A stretch of DNA of 64,000 nucleotides from Tubiluchus corallicola (taxonomy: Eukaryota; Animalia; Priapulida): the NCBI GenBank assembly GCA_030141605.1, contig JAQGDQ010000012.1, positions 1,444,359 to 1,508,358 of the forward strand, in the 5' to 3' direction. The position numbers and the translations under genes are program-made. The notes beneath the pieces are model-generated. The model worked only from the letters and a program-made list of their open reading frames with translations, did no database searches and was not told the origin of the DNA. Each line of letters opens with the position of its first letter. The first letter of the stretch is position 1. Positions 1 through 13,832 of this stretch are shown here, piece by piece.

Positions 1-1104
1 TAATGCTCAACGTCAAATTGTTGTGGGAGCCTACAGATTTTTTACTTTAGGTAACACAAAAAATGCACTGCAGCATTTTTATAGTACAGGATGTTTTACA
101 TTGAAGTCTTTTTTCAATGTTTTCAATTTATCTATGTAAGCTCTGGAATGAATCAAAAGCAGTCTTTGAGAATTCTTTTGACATTTACGTTTTTACTGTG
201 TCACTGATATTACAACGAGCTATGAGATACTTTCTCTACACAGAATGCCCCGTCTATAGTGGAATTGTCACCAGAGCCCTTGCAATTTGAAAGATTCGGC
301 TCTCCATGATTTTTATATTCAACTACATCTAAATGGAAAAGGTCCTTAAACAAGATTAAAAGAACTTCATGAACTAGATTTAATAATTAGAGATTAATGA
401 TTGAAATACTGGTACTGAAATACATGTGTTATCATTAGCTGAAGAACTTCTGAAGGAAGTAGATCATATGTGTACGTCTAGCAGTGAAATAGTTCTTTTT
501 ACTCATGTAGTTTTACTCAAATAATTCTCAAAAGTTTTAGCTTATATGTGCATATTTTGAAACGTTTTGGTTTATTTGTTTGTTGCCTTTTCAAAAAATT
601 AAAAACATACATTGATGTAAAATGCATGTATAGTGAGACACCAGTATAATAAATTTTAATGTGAGTTTCTATAGTTTCTAACCGAGTTTAGGCTGAGAAT
701 CCAGAAAGTACTTAAAAAGCGCATCAACTTGAAAAGTAATATTTTCATTGCAGCATTGCTAATCTGAGCTAACTGTTTCTAAAATCCATCGTGCGCGATA
801 AGAACGAAATTAAATTCAGGAAATTAGTCAATTAAATTCAGCCAATCAATTTAAGATCATTACATTTCTGATACCAATGTAATGTAGACGAATCCACTAT
901 TCCGAATAGTGGCAGCAGATGTGCAACCCTGCTTAGAGTAATTGAAATAATTCTTCCGAATAATACTTAAAGCATTAAAGAAAATAAAAGAAAATTGATA
1001 CCATGAGAAATTCGACAGAATATAAATACAAAAAAACCTCGGCGCTAAACCTTATATTCTACAAAACTTAGGCGTTTTTACTTTGTAACGATTTTACATT
1101 TCAG

Positions 1105-1297
1105 GAAGAAACGATTGAAAATACAGAATATTATTCTTGGGGAGATGATACGACGATGATCAATGCTCAGAGTTCTATAATGTACGAAGCTGTAAACAGG
1201 ACTGATCACAAAACCAGACTAAGATGCACGATTGACTATGTAGTCGATGAAGAACACTACTTCAATAGCACAATAACAATCGAAATGGATATCCAGT
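1105..1297 (+). CDS. Ig-superfamily single-pass membrane protein, internal exon A (C-terminal half of an Ig domain); gene 5' end lies outside the window or was not found
   Basis: ttttacatttcag acceptor and T|gtaagt donor. Open frame EETIENTEYYSWGDDTTMINAQSSIMYEAVNRTDHKTRLRCTIDYVVDEEHYFNSTITIEMDIQ has the Ig D-x-x-x-L-x-C pattern and a G-strand. Phase 1 matches the next exon. Confidence 0.8.
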
Positions 1298-2107
1298 GTA
1301 AGTAAAAATAAAAAACATAGTAGTTTGTCCCATGCAGTTGTCCCAAAATAGTAAAAGCAAGCCGTTATAAAAATGTGATTTTATATCCCATCAAAAAATT
1401 TGCAAGAAAATGAAACGTCATGAGAAATCTTGTAGAATGTTGCAAGTTCTGTTACACATATGAAGTTCATTAAGCTGGTCATTACAAAATTATTTTCTAT
1501 GCGTGATAAACTGATATGCTATTTGTTCCTATATTTATACACTGGCTATCCTTAGTATGGCTACTAACTGTCGGAACTACTTTAAAGTTAAAAGTTTTGA
1601 AAAATACAGCGTGTACTTCGAAGCAATAAGCAAAAGTAAAACTTGTTATGCAGCTATTTCTTTGGACCGATACACAAATCAGTAGTCGGCTCGCTAAGCC
1701 ACTATCCCCTCGCTCAGCGTCACAAACTCTTGCTCGTTGACAGCCGTTACGGTTTAGAAAAACTACCGCACACGGGAAAAACACGAAAAATGAGTGGACT
1801 TTTTTAAAAAATTTAAAAATCTATTAAAAGATGAATTTTGTCATTTAATGCAGAAAATGCATTACTGTTATACTTAAAGGGCTACAAAAATCGACTAGCA
1901 AATCATCGCAAAAAGGATTTAATAATCTCATTCAAGGATATATGCGTGACATCAAGGTTTTATGTGAAAGATTAATCGTTATTACAGGTCAACCTAAATG
2001 TTGTTCTTTAATGAAAAAGTCTACTCTCGCGCAAAATTTTTGTCAAAGCAAAATCATAGACCTTTTTACTTACATTGCAATAAGATTATTTTCCAATGTA
2101 TTGGGAC

Positions 2108-2541
2108 CAGCGGCGGATACAGGCTTTAGAAAATGGGTGGGCCAAAGAAAAAACAGTGGGGGGTCTGGGGGAACCCCGTCTACCAATGCATTGTACACCA
2201 TTTTTCTTACTATATTCTCAAGCAAATTCAATAGTTTAAAACTCATTATGCCACCTCAAACTTTTGACTCTTAATTACACACCAATATACTAGTATGCAC
2301 CCTAGTATAGCACATAATTGCGCACAGTGATATCTTTGCCAAAAACTTCAATTATCACTTAAAGGGCATTACACTGAAATCATTAATCCAGAACTTTTTA
2401 CTCGATATAAGTCACTAAAAGCTACCACTAAATGTTCTAAGGCTTATAATCCAGAGAAAATATTCACTTGGTGTGCTGTAACTGCTACTATGAAAGGGTG
2501 GGACCAGCCCTCTTGGGCCCTCCCCCAAAAATCCGCCACTG
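2108..2541. mobile_element. 434-bp MITE (non-autonomous hAT-like DNA transposon) in an IgSF intron
   Basis: Terminal inverted repeats CAGCGGCGGAT (2108) and ATCCGCCACTG (ending 2541), flanked by the 5-bp direct repeat GGGAC (2103-2107 and 2542-2546). Confidence 0.8.
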
Positions 2542-3163
2542 GGGACGAAAGTTAAACAATAAAATTAAAGCAATTTAGTATGCAACCTGAATCCTTCAGC
2601 GAAAGCATCATTTAGTAGGAAAACAAATTTGAATCTTAACTAATGAGAGGTATATTTCAGTTTTGGCCATTTATATATAAGCACTATATAATAACATCTG
2701 ATTTCAAATAACTTAAGCGTAAGTTGCCCAGGCTAAACTTTGTGAATAATGATTAACAGAACCTACTAAAATTAATGTCAACTTTAATAAAAATAAACCT
2801 GTTTTATTCAGTACAGTAGTATCTGGGAACCTCTTCCTGTGCATGTATAATGGATAAAAAGTGTAGAAATCTGAAGTCAGTACATATTATATTGTTACAT
2901 TATAGAACATCACTACAACATTATTCAAATTTTCAAATCTGAAAAAAATAGGAAGTTCACTACCTTGGAAGAGACAGCATTGTTTACATTAATTTTGGAA
3001 GGAATTCAGTGAGGTTTCCTGCATGTTTGATCCATCGCCAACAATTGTCTGTCTTTTTTGTCTAAGTAAAATAACCTAACCATGTATACACTGACTTTCG
3101 CGGTATATTTCTGCACACATGTTTACTATGCTGTTTCTGAGTAACTTTTGAGGCATTGGATTA

Positions 3164-3645
3164 TTACAATGTCATTTTCAGAATAAACAAACACAATTTC
3201 GGAATATCAACATCATTTTCGGAACAAACAATTTGAAATTCGGATTCTAGGATTCTTCTCAACATTTGTTTCAATAAATGCCTGGTGTTCAGGCCTAATT
3301 CTGTAATAACGCCTGCCACCACGTTTCTTATCATCATATTCTGTACTACTGATTCAATCACAGGTAGTCGATGTTTCGGCGCCCACACTCTTGACATGTT
3401 CTCTCCAGTTACTTCCACTGTTGTAAACTACTCTAATTTGTCGCTTCTTTTCATCTGCTTCATTCCAGGATGGGTAGGATCTTTGTACTACAATATTCGA
3501 ATTTGACATGATTAAAACGAATTTGACGTAGATTACTCCGAAATTGATTTTGATTATTCTGAATTTGAAATTGTTTATTCTGAAAATGATATTGAAAATT
3601 ACGAATTAGATTTTGATAGTTCCGAATTTGATGTTGCAAAGGTAT
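3164..3645 (-). mobile_element. Deletion derivative of a Tc1/IS630-like transposon with inverted arrays of ~21-bp subterminal repeats
   Basis: Units like CGAATTTGA..GATTATTC at 3497-3640 are mirrored in inverse orientation at 3165-3243. The interior minus frame KRQIRVVYNSGSNWREHVKSVGAETSTTCD*ISSTEYDDKKRGGRRYYRIRPEHQAFIETNVEKNPRI resembles the N-terminal HTH/KRGGRR region of IS630/Tc1 transposases. Confidence 0.6.
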
Positions 3646-5310
3646 AGTTACAATCAGCTAAAGAATCTGATTGGCCATTGCGATGTGGCCTCCTACTAAT
3701 TGATTGACGTTTACATACCTTTCTGTCACTCTATGATTCAGGGTAATACATACCTGTGATAACTTTAAAATTAAAACGCAAATATCATAGCTAATCTAAA
3801 TTATTTGCGTATCGACAGATTCTGACTGTAAATGAATTTGTCTGTTTTTTAATAAAACGTTACAGATTACGAATGAATTTGGCACTGTAATAACCCTAAC
3901 TAAATAGAGTAAACACAGATATTTGAATGCTGATTGTTAGAATCACTAAATAAATTTATGCAAATAAAAATAATGTTCCTGCTTAAGTACACGCTACCAT
4001 ATAATTGCAAAACGTCGTTATAAACTATAAAATTATTTTATTTCATCTCGGCATAATATTATAGTTTTAACAAAATCATTAAATAATTGCGCTTGTTTAA
4101 TCACTTCATGTTTGCATTTATTATTCAGAAACAGTACTGTTTTATTAGATTAAGTCAAAGACGAAACACTTTAACTGCAAAAGATATAAGGGTATTTGAA
4201 GAGGAGAAACTTGAAATTTTATATTAGTTATCATCTTTGCATTTAATTCTATAACCTTAATGTGAAGACATGTGACATCCTGAAATTTCAGTTTAAAATG
4301 AAAGATTTTCATACAAAATTGCTAATTATAACGACAGTGAAAATAAATCCACAAAAATTGTCTGTATTGGAAACGCAAAAGTGTTGCTAATAGACCTTGC
4401 GTAATTATAATGCAACACGAATAGTCGCAGTCTCGTACTTTATATGGAATTATCCTAGTTACTATGCAAGTCTAACTCGCTGCCCGGAATCACTTGTGTT
4501 TCTCTAATCAACACGTGTTATCGCAACCTCGCAAGCAATCATTGAACCAATGAATTATTCTTTGCCAATTTTTGCCACTTCTTTGATGCTACGTCCAATA
4601 TACAAGATGGCACTACTACGCAAAAATGCTGACTGTTTAAGCGTTCGTACATTTTTTTTGGAAATTATAATGATAATTGCTCTGTACTCTAAATTATAGG
4701 CAAAAATTGAAATTTGGCAAAACTGGTTCATAACTTAAACAAAATACACAGCACCCAGCTTAAAAGTTTCAGCTAATTTCTCTGCTGCATTGAAACAGCT
4801 AATATACAGTAGTGCCTTTTTGCGAAAAATAAAAAATAAAAAATGCAGGGCGTATTATGCAGCATTTGGCTACCAGCTGTACTTTTCTAGAGTACATGAG
4901 GAATGACTTTTTTGGGCATATTTACTCTATTTTCTCCGCTCGTATTCTTGAAACACAAGAAATTCTTTCGCCTTGCTTGTTTGTTTGGTGATTAGACATT
5001 GTAATAGAAAAGCTCTGTCACGGAATTTTAGAATTTTCCTGTGTTACCTATAACGGAGTCTACGTGTTTTCCTATCCTAGACACACCTCTGCATTTATGT
5101 ACTTAAAAGGACAGCTTTTGACTTGTTAAATGATAATAGAAAATGAAACAGGGAACAAAATGAGCGAATAGTCTTTACTTGAACGAAACTTACAATACAA
5201 TAGATAATTGCTGTAACCCAATTGTTCTTAAAATTATATATCTGCCAGCCTGCCATGCATGAACAGACGACTCCGGTGATAATTTTTTGAGATTACGTTT
5301 CTTTGCGCAG

Positions 5311-5467
5311 ACCCGCCTACGATCAGCCCCATGCCAAAACTAGAATACAATCTTGACGAGAAGGATTACTTTGAACTTGAATGTGAAGCCGATGCTAACC
5401 CAGAGCCCCACACTTATCATTGGATTCTTAACAATAAAACCACTGTGGGAGAGAACAGAAAACTAGT
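5311..5467 (+). CDS. Ig-superfamily protein exon B (N-terminal half of the membrane-proximal Ig domain)
   Basis: tttctttgcgcag acceptor and gtaagt donor. Translates (Y)PPTISPMPKLEYNLDEKDYFELECEADANPEPHTYHWILNNKTTVGENRKL, with the canonical Ig L-x-C-x-A-x-A-N-P and W motifs. Confidence 0.9.
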
Positions 5468-5735
5468 GTAAGTATCTTTTAAGAATTTAAATTGTTGTTT
5501 AATTGATTACTCTGAATAATTAATCTGTATTATCATAGTAATTTGTGTGTTTATTTCTTACGATCTTATGACGTTTGTCTCTGTTGTAATAAAGTCTACA
5601 GCAACCAGTATATACACAGAAAATAGGTTTAAAGGTCGCATAAGCCTACAACTGCAAATAATAATATTATAACTTATTTATCTATATACGTTTGCAAACA
5701 TTTTATGTTTAACTGCAAATACTTGTCTGCGCTAG

Positions 5736-5836
5736 TTTCCAGGAGATTAAGGAGGATAATGAAGGTCTATACCACTGCGAAGCTGAGAATATCTTAGGAA
5801 AGGATGTGTCACCACAAGTGGAGATCACAGTGGGTC
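5736..5836 (+). CDS. Ig-superfamily protein exon C (C-terminal half of the Ig domain)
   Basis: ctag acceptor and gtaagt donor. Translates (V)FQEIKEDNEGLYHCEAENILGKDVSPQVEITVG, with the G-x-Y-x-C-x-A-x-N-x-x-G Ig signature. Phases are consistent on both sides. Confidence 0.9.
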
Positions 5837-6984
5837 GTAAGTTGTATAATACTATGTACAAATATTAAAATTTTACTTTAAATATGGCAGTTACTGACAG
5901 TATGTGCTGCGACAAGTTTACTAAAGATCCTATATAAGAAAAAACAAAGAAAGACACAGCGTTTAGTAAACCACCTAGTCCACCTTGTACAAACGTCTGT
6001 GAAATAAGATCACATGAAAAAATGCAGTCAGGGCACTAACAATAGGCAAGTGCTGCCTAGTTATGCATGTTAATAAACTTGCTGCTTTTACAATTAATTG
6101 CCATACGTCATCGTATGATGATACTACAAGATGTGGACTACCCATTAAGTGTTAATATAATAGTTATAAGAAGAAACTAAGTAGAAATTAGAAGAGAAAA
6201 AATGGTGTGTGCGGAAATAGGAAATTATTCGAAAAAACATTTAAATTTTAAGACTTTAGAAGCGAAACCTGCTGACTACAAGCAGTAATTTAACTACGTT
6301 GAACATTCAGTCTGTCCAAATTATAGGTACACTCAAAATACATTTTGTCGGCTTTGCCATCCGGAACCATCCCTGCAAGTTAAACAAGCTTTATATAGAA
6401 CGTTTTGAGGCTTTTGTGCTACTAAACGAATTTGTGCTTGAACTTGATGTTAAATTATACAAAATCCAAATAATATTATTTTTGTAATGTTTCTACGCTT
6501 ATATTTTCCCTTTTCTCCTTGATATTGCTAGAGAGAAACATGGACTGTTGTGTATTGTTTTTACTCATTTTAAAAGTGGATTTGGGTTATATTTACTGCG
6601 TAATTATCATAACTGACCTATAAATGTTCGTAAATCATAAGTTGGTAAAACCTAGTAGTGGCTTTGTTAAAAAACAATAACTAAACAGGTTTTTCTCAAA
6701 ACAGCTTCAAAAATTTTAATTATTAAAAGTTTGCACCTTGTTATTATAATATGTGATTATAAAGTAATTCAACTTGTTGTAAGTACATCTTCGCAGTATA
6801 ATACACCACCTTCAGCATTGCTTTATTCGTTATGTATAAACCATTACACAAGTGTGAATTAATGCGTCTGCAATCTATTAAAAATTCTTTCAAAAAAGTG
6901 CCCATGCCCGTTCTAATTTCATAATATTGTGCCTGCTATAGGTGTAAATTTGTGTTCTAATGAGATTAATTTTTTGATTTTCAG

Positions 6985-7109
6985 CTCAAGTTAAAGTAGG
7001 AATGATAGTAGGGCTTACACTTGGAATTATAGCATTGATCACAATAGTTGGTGTCATTGCTTTCTTAGCTGCCACCAAGAAAGCTTGCTTTAAAAAGAAA
7101 GAAACAAAG
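6985..7109 (+). CDS. Ig-superfamily protein exon D (transmembrane helix and basic stop-transfer)
   Basis: ttttcag acceptor and AAG|gtatat donor. Translates (P)QVKVGMIVGLTLGIIALITIVGVIAFLAATKKACFKKKETK. Confidence 0.85.
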
Positions 7110-8221
7110 GTATATATAAAATAAGGCTACTTTAATTAATCAATAATAAACTTATTATACTGTTATGTTGAAAATCATGTACCGTAACAATTTAGTTTTA
7201 ATTCCGTCGTTTTAAATATAAAATATTAATAAATTTTATACCACTTGTCTACATGGAGAGAAGCACTAATTGATTGCAAAAAATTGTAAAACATTAAAAT
7301 TAGTTTTTACACTTTCTGTGTCATTTTATCTTCTTCGTAGCATACCATGCCGATCGTTTACTTTATGAATTACGTCTGACCTAAATCACCAACTAAATTG
7401 TGTTATATGACTAGTATTGCCTTTCTTTACAAAACATTAATACCACGCCATTCATTGGCCAATGAGTGAACTGCGAGACGATAGGTATTGCAAAGGCTGT
7501 TTTCCATCCATTCATACACAGAACGATCTGTGAATGATACAAAAATTAAAAAAAGACACGCTGCGTTTAAAAAAATAAAAATAAATGAAATTATTTATAT
7601 TACAGATAAATGTAAAGTGAAAATTTTTAAATGAAAATGAAAATAATGCCGTTAATGTGCTTAAAATCCAAAACTTTTTTCATGAAAGTTGTTATTTCTG
7701 AGTGACGCCAAAAGATGGAGCATTCTGCCTTGGATATGAAAGTCCCGATACAGGTTTTGACAGAGAATCAAGTTCAATCGACCTTTTCACTGTTTCATGT
7801 GATTCGTACGGTAATAACTCGCTGTTGAATAAAATGAATAATCTCCATGCCTGTAGAGTTGTTAAATTGCCCAGTTGTGCCCTGCTGATTACTCCTGGTT
7901 TCTTATTGCTCAATTCACGTTGCACGTCACTCTACGTAAAACAGCCACTGTTTCGTATAAGTTAAAACAATGCTAAACCACTTTACGGTTGAATGGTTTA
8001 GTAAACTGACAGTTGATATTTTATCTCTATATAATAATAATTTGAATTGAATTTGAATCTATAAGCATAATTATGAACATCCCGTTGGGATTCTCTTTCT
8101 AGCTAATTTGATAATTAGATTAATGTAGTTTGCTTGTAGTCGCTAGTGCACTTCTTTCATAGTTTTTGCTTCACATACATTTCAGCAAACAGCGTAAAAT
8201 CCGTTAAACTTCATGTTACAG

Positions 8222-8338
8222 TCGACAACCAACACGAAAACTACCGAGCCGGAAACAGAAGTAAAACAACCAGACTCCGAAGTCTACTCGAAAACTACTG
8301 AACCTGTAGACAACGAAAAGGTCGATAATCCAGCATAG
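8222..8338 (+). CDS. Ig-superfamily protein probable last exon (short cytoplasmic tail)
   Basis: Phase-0 acceptor gttacag gives STTNTKTTEPETEVKQPDSEVYSKTTEPVDNEKVDNPA*. A competing acceptor at 8185 makes the exact 3' structure uncertain. Confidence 0.55.
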   Translation, partial: STTNTKTTEPETEVKQPDSEVYSKTTEPVDNEKVDNPA

Positions 8339-11300
8339 GCATAGGCTTGTCTAATTAAGTCCAATTGTTAACTGTGGAGTTAGATTTCTTGTATCATTAG
8401 GAATTTGAATGTCAAAATAAACTGAAACACCAACGATAAATAGCAACATGCAAATGTAAACAAGCGTCGTTAGTAAAACGTCAGACAGTAATGAATTATG
8501 AAACGAATTTGGCAAAAATCATTGGCTATTAGATTTTAGATTTGATTAGATTTGATTTGTCAACTTAGAATATGTTTATGGACTATGGTTAAAATACCCG
8601 TTTTTTATTTGTCGCATTACATGTAAATTAACGTTGAGCCTATTAAGAAAAGTAACAAAATCGACAAATATAAAGTGATATAACGCAGCAGTTTGAAATA
8701 TATTATAAAAATGGAAGACCTGAACTGCAAATAGTATACACTCTAAAACAAACTTAATGTTTTATACAGTAAAGTGACAGAAAATTGTTCTTGTTGTAAA
8801 ATGATTCTTGTTGATTAATGCTCACAAACAAATCGGCTTGTTTATTTCGTACTATTTCACTACCCAATACTTTTAAACTTTTTTGTTACAAGTTATATTG
8901 ACAAAAGCACATTAGTAACATGTTCTATATATTTTGCTTTTTTTCATGGGTCATTTGTTCGAGGTTTGACAGATCGCCAACGTTGTTATTCATTTAAAAC
9001 ATCAGATACGTTTATGTTGTTAGTCGCTATATCATTGGTATAATCTTCTTGTTGTGAATCTGGATTTATCAAACCGTATATACTGGAGCAATTAAACGTT
9101 TTTGCTTGTTCACCCATCTTTTAATCTTCAGACAGCTTTACAAGTCTTAGACCTCATCACAAGCGCAATTATGCCGAACAAATACCATATTTTATTACTT
9201 TAAGCTAGCATCCATAGCATGGGTATAAGCTTAAGTTACTACATTGCTAAACGGCTGTAGAAAACTATAAAAAAGCACAAAAACAGAAATAATCTCGGCA
9301 ATATATGAGAAACAATATTTTACGTAAACAATATTGTATTGTATACAATAGATACAATATTGTTTCCTGTATATGATCATGATTTTTTCTATCTTTTATA
9401 CTTTTTTTACAGTGTGGGATGCAACCTACATAATAATATTGTTTTTTTTATGTTAGTATTATGCGCGTGTATATAGGCTTTTAAAATTTGTTTTTAGAAT
9501 TAAAAAATTAAAAAGGGCAACATGCTAGGATTGGCCATTTTTTTAACTTAGCTAAAGTTCACTTGCCTTGGTGACCACTTAGATGCCTAACTTTGCCTAC
9601 ATAACGTTCAAGATATTTTCGTGAAAATTTATGGAACGTAGCCTAATTTCAAGATGATGTAGGGCTTATTTAGACTAGTGATAGAATTAAATAGCTTATC
9701 TACTTTTAATAATTCTAATTTACTACTAATTATAACTATAATTTACTTCAACAATTATAGCAAAACTTTAATGGTATTTAAGAAATTTGCAATTGATAAA
9801 AAGTCATTATATTAGTCAGAAATTACAGGTACGTACTTTTAACCTTGATAGCGTTTTCATTTTTTAATATTTGCCTGATATTTGGTGCTAATTTTAACTG
9901 CTTTACAATGAATTTTAGTTTTAGCCAATGATATGCATGGCTTAATTCAATTAGTTAAAAATATCAGTAGGCTTATCTGATTATTAATAATTATTATGCT
10001 ATTGAGATTTTGTTAGAAAACCAGTATGATAAAGTTTCTAGATGTATCCTACATGAAAATATTAAAATCGTGGTACTATACTGGATACAAAATTTTCGTG
10101 TTGAAGGGATTTGTAATATTTACTTGCAGTATACCTATAGCTGTTTAACATGGTCTCTACTAGAATTTTGACAGATTTTTCATCTTTCACTGCTATCCAC
10201 TCCCGCTCCTAAATATTGGGAAGTAAAGGCGGATCCTTACGCATGGAGGCTGAGAGAGGTTTAATAATAAATTATGATTCATTAGTTCATTTGTTTTTAG
10301 TCCATTCAACTGTTTATTAATGTGACTACTTATATATACTGTTTGTACTAAATTGGAGTGATTATTAGATGTTTGAGAGTAACTATTAAAATTATAAATG
10401 AAAAGTAATAACTAATTTTTTATTATGCATTTTTCTGTTAAGGTGTTAAAATAAAGATCCAGCTTTATTCAAATTTTAGTCATGTTGTAAATACTAATAA
10501 ATCATATGGGCTTACATTATGTGTGACCGAAAGTCCTTATAGTGTACTGGGTATATATGCATCACTAAACCATTTCAGTCTGTATAAACTTAAATTGTTG
10601 AGTGGCATTCATGCAGTTGCATTATTACTTGTATACATATTAGCGTGCGTTGTGACGTTATGCATATTAATTTTAACTTAAGTCTTTATGAAGAAGCCAG
10701 TAAAATTATTACGGTATAAATTGAATAAAATAATAATGTTAAATTTATCTTCTTATTAAAATCTAACTGTGATAAATGTAAATTGTAATACTAATTCGTT
10801 GCGTAAATGAAAATTTTATAAAATAAATTTGCAGAAAATTTTTAATTTATTTTAAGTAAAGTAACGTTTGTTTAATGCTCTGTGCTTGAAGTTGTCCCCG
10901 TCTTCTTAAGGTTGGTGTTTTTGGTGAATACCAGCCGTTTGATGTTATATTCCAACTTGCACAATTGTGAATTGTACAACGAATTATTGGCGAAAAAAAT
11001 CGAATTTGTCTGTGCTTCTTAAGCAAAAATTAAACGTGTATCATGTTCAAGCATCGTTGCTTTGCTACTAAATATTTTTAATGCTGTAGCGTGACTACCA
11101 GCGACATCCATTGCATTAGGTTAAAAACCTAATGCGAAATCAGTAATGAATTAAAATTATATCAACAATATCCATTAAAAATACCTTAATTCAACATGCA
11201 TAATAAAGGAACAAAAGAGTAATTTTTGTACAACAAAAGGGTGAAAATGGGTGACCGTACCAGGTCCAGTCTCAGTCTGTAATTTTCCAGATCTGTGGTA

Positions 11301-12067
11301 GCATCAACAGGTTTCCTTGGTCGCTTAATAATGACAGTATTCATCCATGAAAATGGGGAAAATATTTTAATTGTAAGAAATAGACAGCACACAATAGTAG
11401 ACTGTATGTACACAATCCCAATACTGCTGGGCTTCGTGTTGTCGAATTAATTTTGCGTCAATTCGAAGGCCTTTACAATTCACATTGTAATTTATACTGT
11501 GCAACTAATTATATCGCTTACATGGTTCAAATATTTAAATATTCCTTTTCAAGCAAAACAGGAAAAATTTAAAAGAGTACTTCCCTAGGATTTTAAAACT
11601 CACCGACTTTTTCCAATGCATAGATGAATGATAATATAATATCGCTAAAATGTCGAAAGAATTGATTTGTAGTGACATCTAGTGTCCACTTTAAAGTAAT
11701 TTGAAGAATTTTGTCAGCAGCTGTTACAACAGTGTTTTTTTGTTTTTGGTGTGTATGATAAATAAAAACGAAAATTAAAAAACCAGTTACAATGCAAATA
11801 TGTACAGTTACATTAAGTTTGAGAAATGAAAGGTATGTGTTGTTGTTTGTTTGTTGTTGGGGTGGTTGTGTGCAGAGTCACTTGACAGGTTTAAAATTTT
11901 TTAAATTACTGTATCATTTATTATTTATAACGTATGTCTTTAATTAGTTTAATTTAGTGAAGCAATAGTAAAAAATATTGCGAGAATATGAAAACAGTGA
12001 ATCATTAAAAATTTGGTAAACATAAATAAAAAATAGGTACAATATCATAATTATGGTTTTATTATTG

Positions 12068-12175
12068 GCCAAATGTCTTGCGTCTACGTGTCCCCGTACC
12101 CAAATGTCCCTGTTCAAATATCTCGTACCCAAGTGTCAAGTACCCAAATGGCCGTGCCCAAAGGTCACTTGCCCT
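12068..12175. repeat. Degenerate ~15-bp tandem array (CCAAATGTCC-type), likely a transposon subterminal repeat
   Basis: Recurrent ccaaatgtc/gtaccc units; similar to the reverse complement of the TTTGGACAC array at 50.5 kb. Confidence 0.55.
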
Positions 12176-12544
12176 GCCTAATAACTATTATAATTCGCCT
12201 TGACGTCAGTTGAAATATTCGTTTTTTAATGACGTCAGTTGAAATAGGCCAGTATAATAGCTAAGAAACTTCATAAACCTCTTTTCCTAATTACTGTATC
12301 TGAATAAAAACTGGTAATTTTTTTAATTACCTTGCTATTTTCGATTTAACTGTATGCGAGTGTTTTACTGTGTTTTTTCTGAGTTTGTTTGCATTTCGTC
12401 AAAGGTCGCCAATTTGATTTAATTTGGCTGTCACACTAACAACAATACAGTACAACAATGCAGTACACTTCGATCTATTATTGGTCGAGGGACTGGCTTA
12501 GCTCAGTATCATGGATTAGGAATGACGTTAATGCCGCTTATTAG

Positions 12545-12925
12545 TTTAAGATGGAAAATCGAAATGCCGACTCAATCAGTCGATGCGGAATTTGTTCTAC
12601 ATAGATAGCATATTTCTATAAAATTTCATGACGATCCATTACGAATTGACGGAACCTTCGGCTTTTTTTATAATGATGTTATTGTCGCCATCTTGAATTT
12701 ACAATGGCAGATGGAAAGTGCAACTCAGTCCGTCTGTGCGGACCTCGTGCTAGTACATTTTTGTAAAGTTTCACGACGATCCATTGCGAATTAGCAGAGT
12801 CTTTTATAGGCTGTTTTCGAAATGATATTATCGCCGCCATCTTAAATTCGTAATGGCGGATCGAAAATCTGTCTCCTTCAGCCGATGCGGAATTTGTCTT
12901 AGTATACCCTTGCGAAGTTTCACGG
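12545..12925. repeat. About 2.5 diverged copies of a ~150-bp tandem unit (transposon-internal satellite)
   Basis: Repeated blocks tttcaygacgatccattrcgaatt ... gccatcttraatt ... aatggcrgat and cagycgatgcggaatttgt. Confidence 0.7.
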
Positions 12926-13832
12926 AGGCTCAGGCTATTCATCACACAACAACGTTCAGAAGACTAACGATTTGGGTCGAGTGTCTCGACCAAAGCAAGC
13001 AACATTATAGCTTCTCACTTCTTTTGTATGGCATAATATTTGTTAAATGACTGGGAAAGCTTTAAAGTTGGGGAAGTAAACAGCATAACCTATGACAGAA
13101 ACAAGATTTCGCCCAGAAAAATGTATAACTGATAGACAAACGGTTAACAAAACGATTGCGTCTATATAAATTTTTCTGCGCTTATACTGAGTGTTTGTCA
13201 GCCGTTATAGATAAATATTTGCATAAGTATTTGTAGGAATAAGGTTTTTTCAACATATAATTGTATGGTAGTTAATCTTAGAAAGAGTTCACTGTTTGAA
13301 TATTGATTTTAAATGAGCTGTAATATGCGTTAATATTGCAAATTGCAATGTTTTAAAGCACAATGTGCAAATAAAATGAAATTTAGTTTATTTTAATTTT
13401 GAAAATTGCCAAACTTCTTTGATCAACAGCTCCGTATGATTATATTAGCCCAGGTAATATTACTGAATGAAATTAAATTAGCGTTATGATCATTGTCAAT
13501 AATATGATAAAGCCGGTTTGACAATCGTCACAATAAGCCAATTTCGAACACTCATGCTAGCTGTATTGCTTTAATTTAATTTAATTTAATTTGATTTAAT
13601 TAATTTTAATTTGTAACATTTTAATTTAATATAATGACCACATCTTTAATGTTCAAGGAGAATTGTGTTAATCACTGTTGAAATGATTTCAGTCAATTGA
13701 CTTTCCTGTTTTTGTGGTTTTTGGACTGTGACGCGCGCGAACGAAGCTTTTTTAGTGGTTTGCAATTTGGAAATCTTACCGAATAGTAAAGTTATTATTT
13801 TTTTAACTTTATGAACTAAATAACGAACGATG

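Noticed and set aside
1-310. Possible upstream IgSF exons (donor near 50, acceptor near 243)
   Set aside because: All frames after 243 hit stops before a usable donor, so they could not be joined to exon 1105.
7702-7965. 87-aa ORF inside the last IgSF intron
   Set aside because: No suitable acceptor in the required phase and no recognisable motif.
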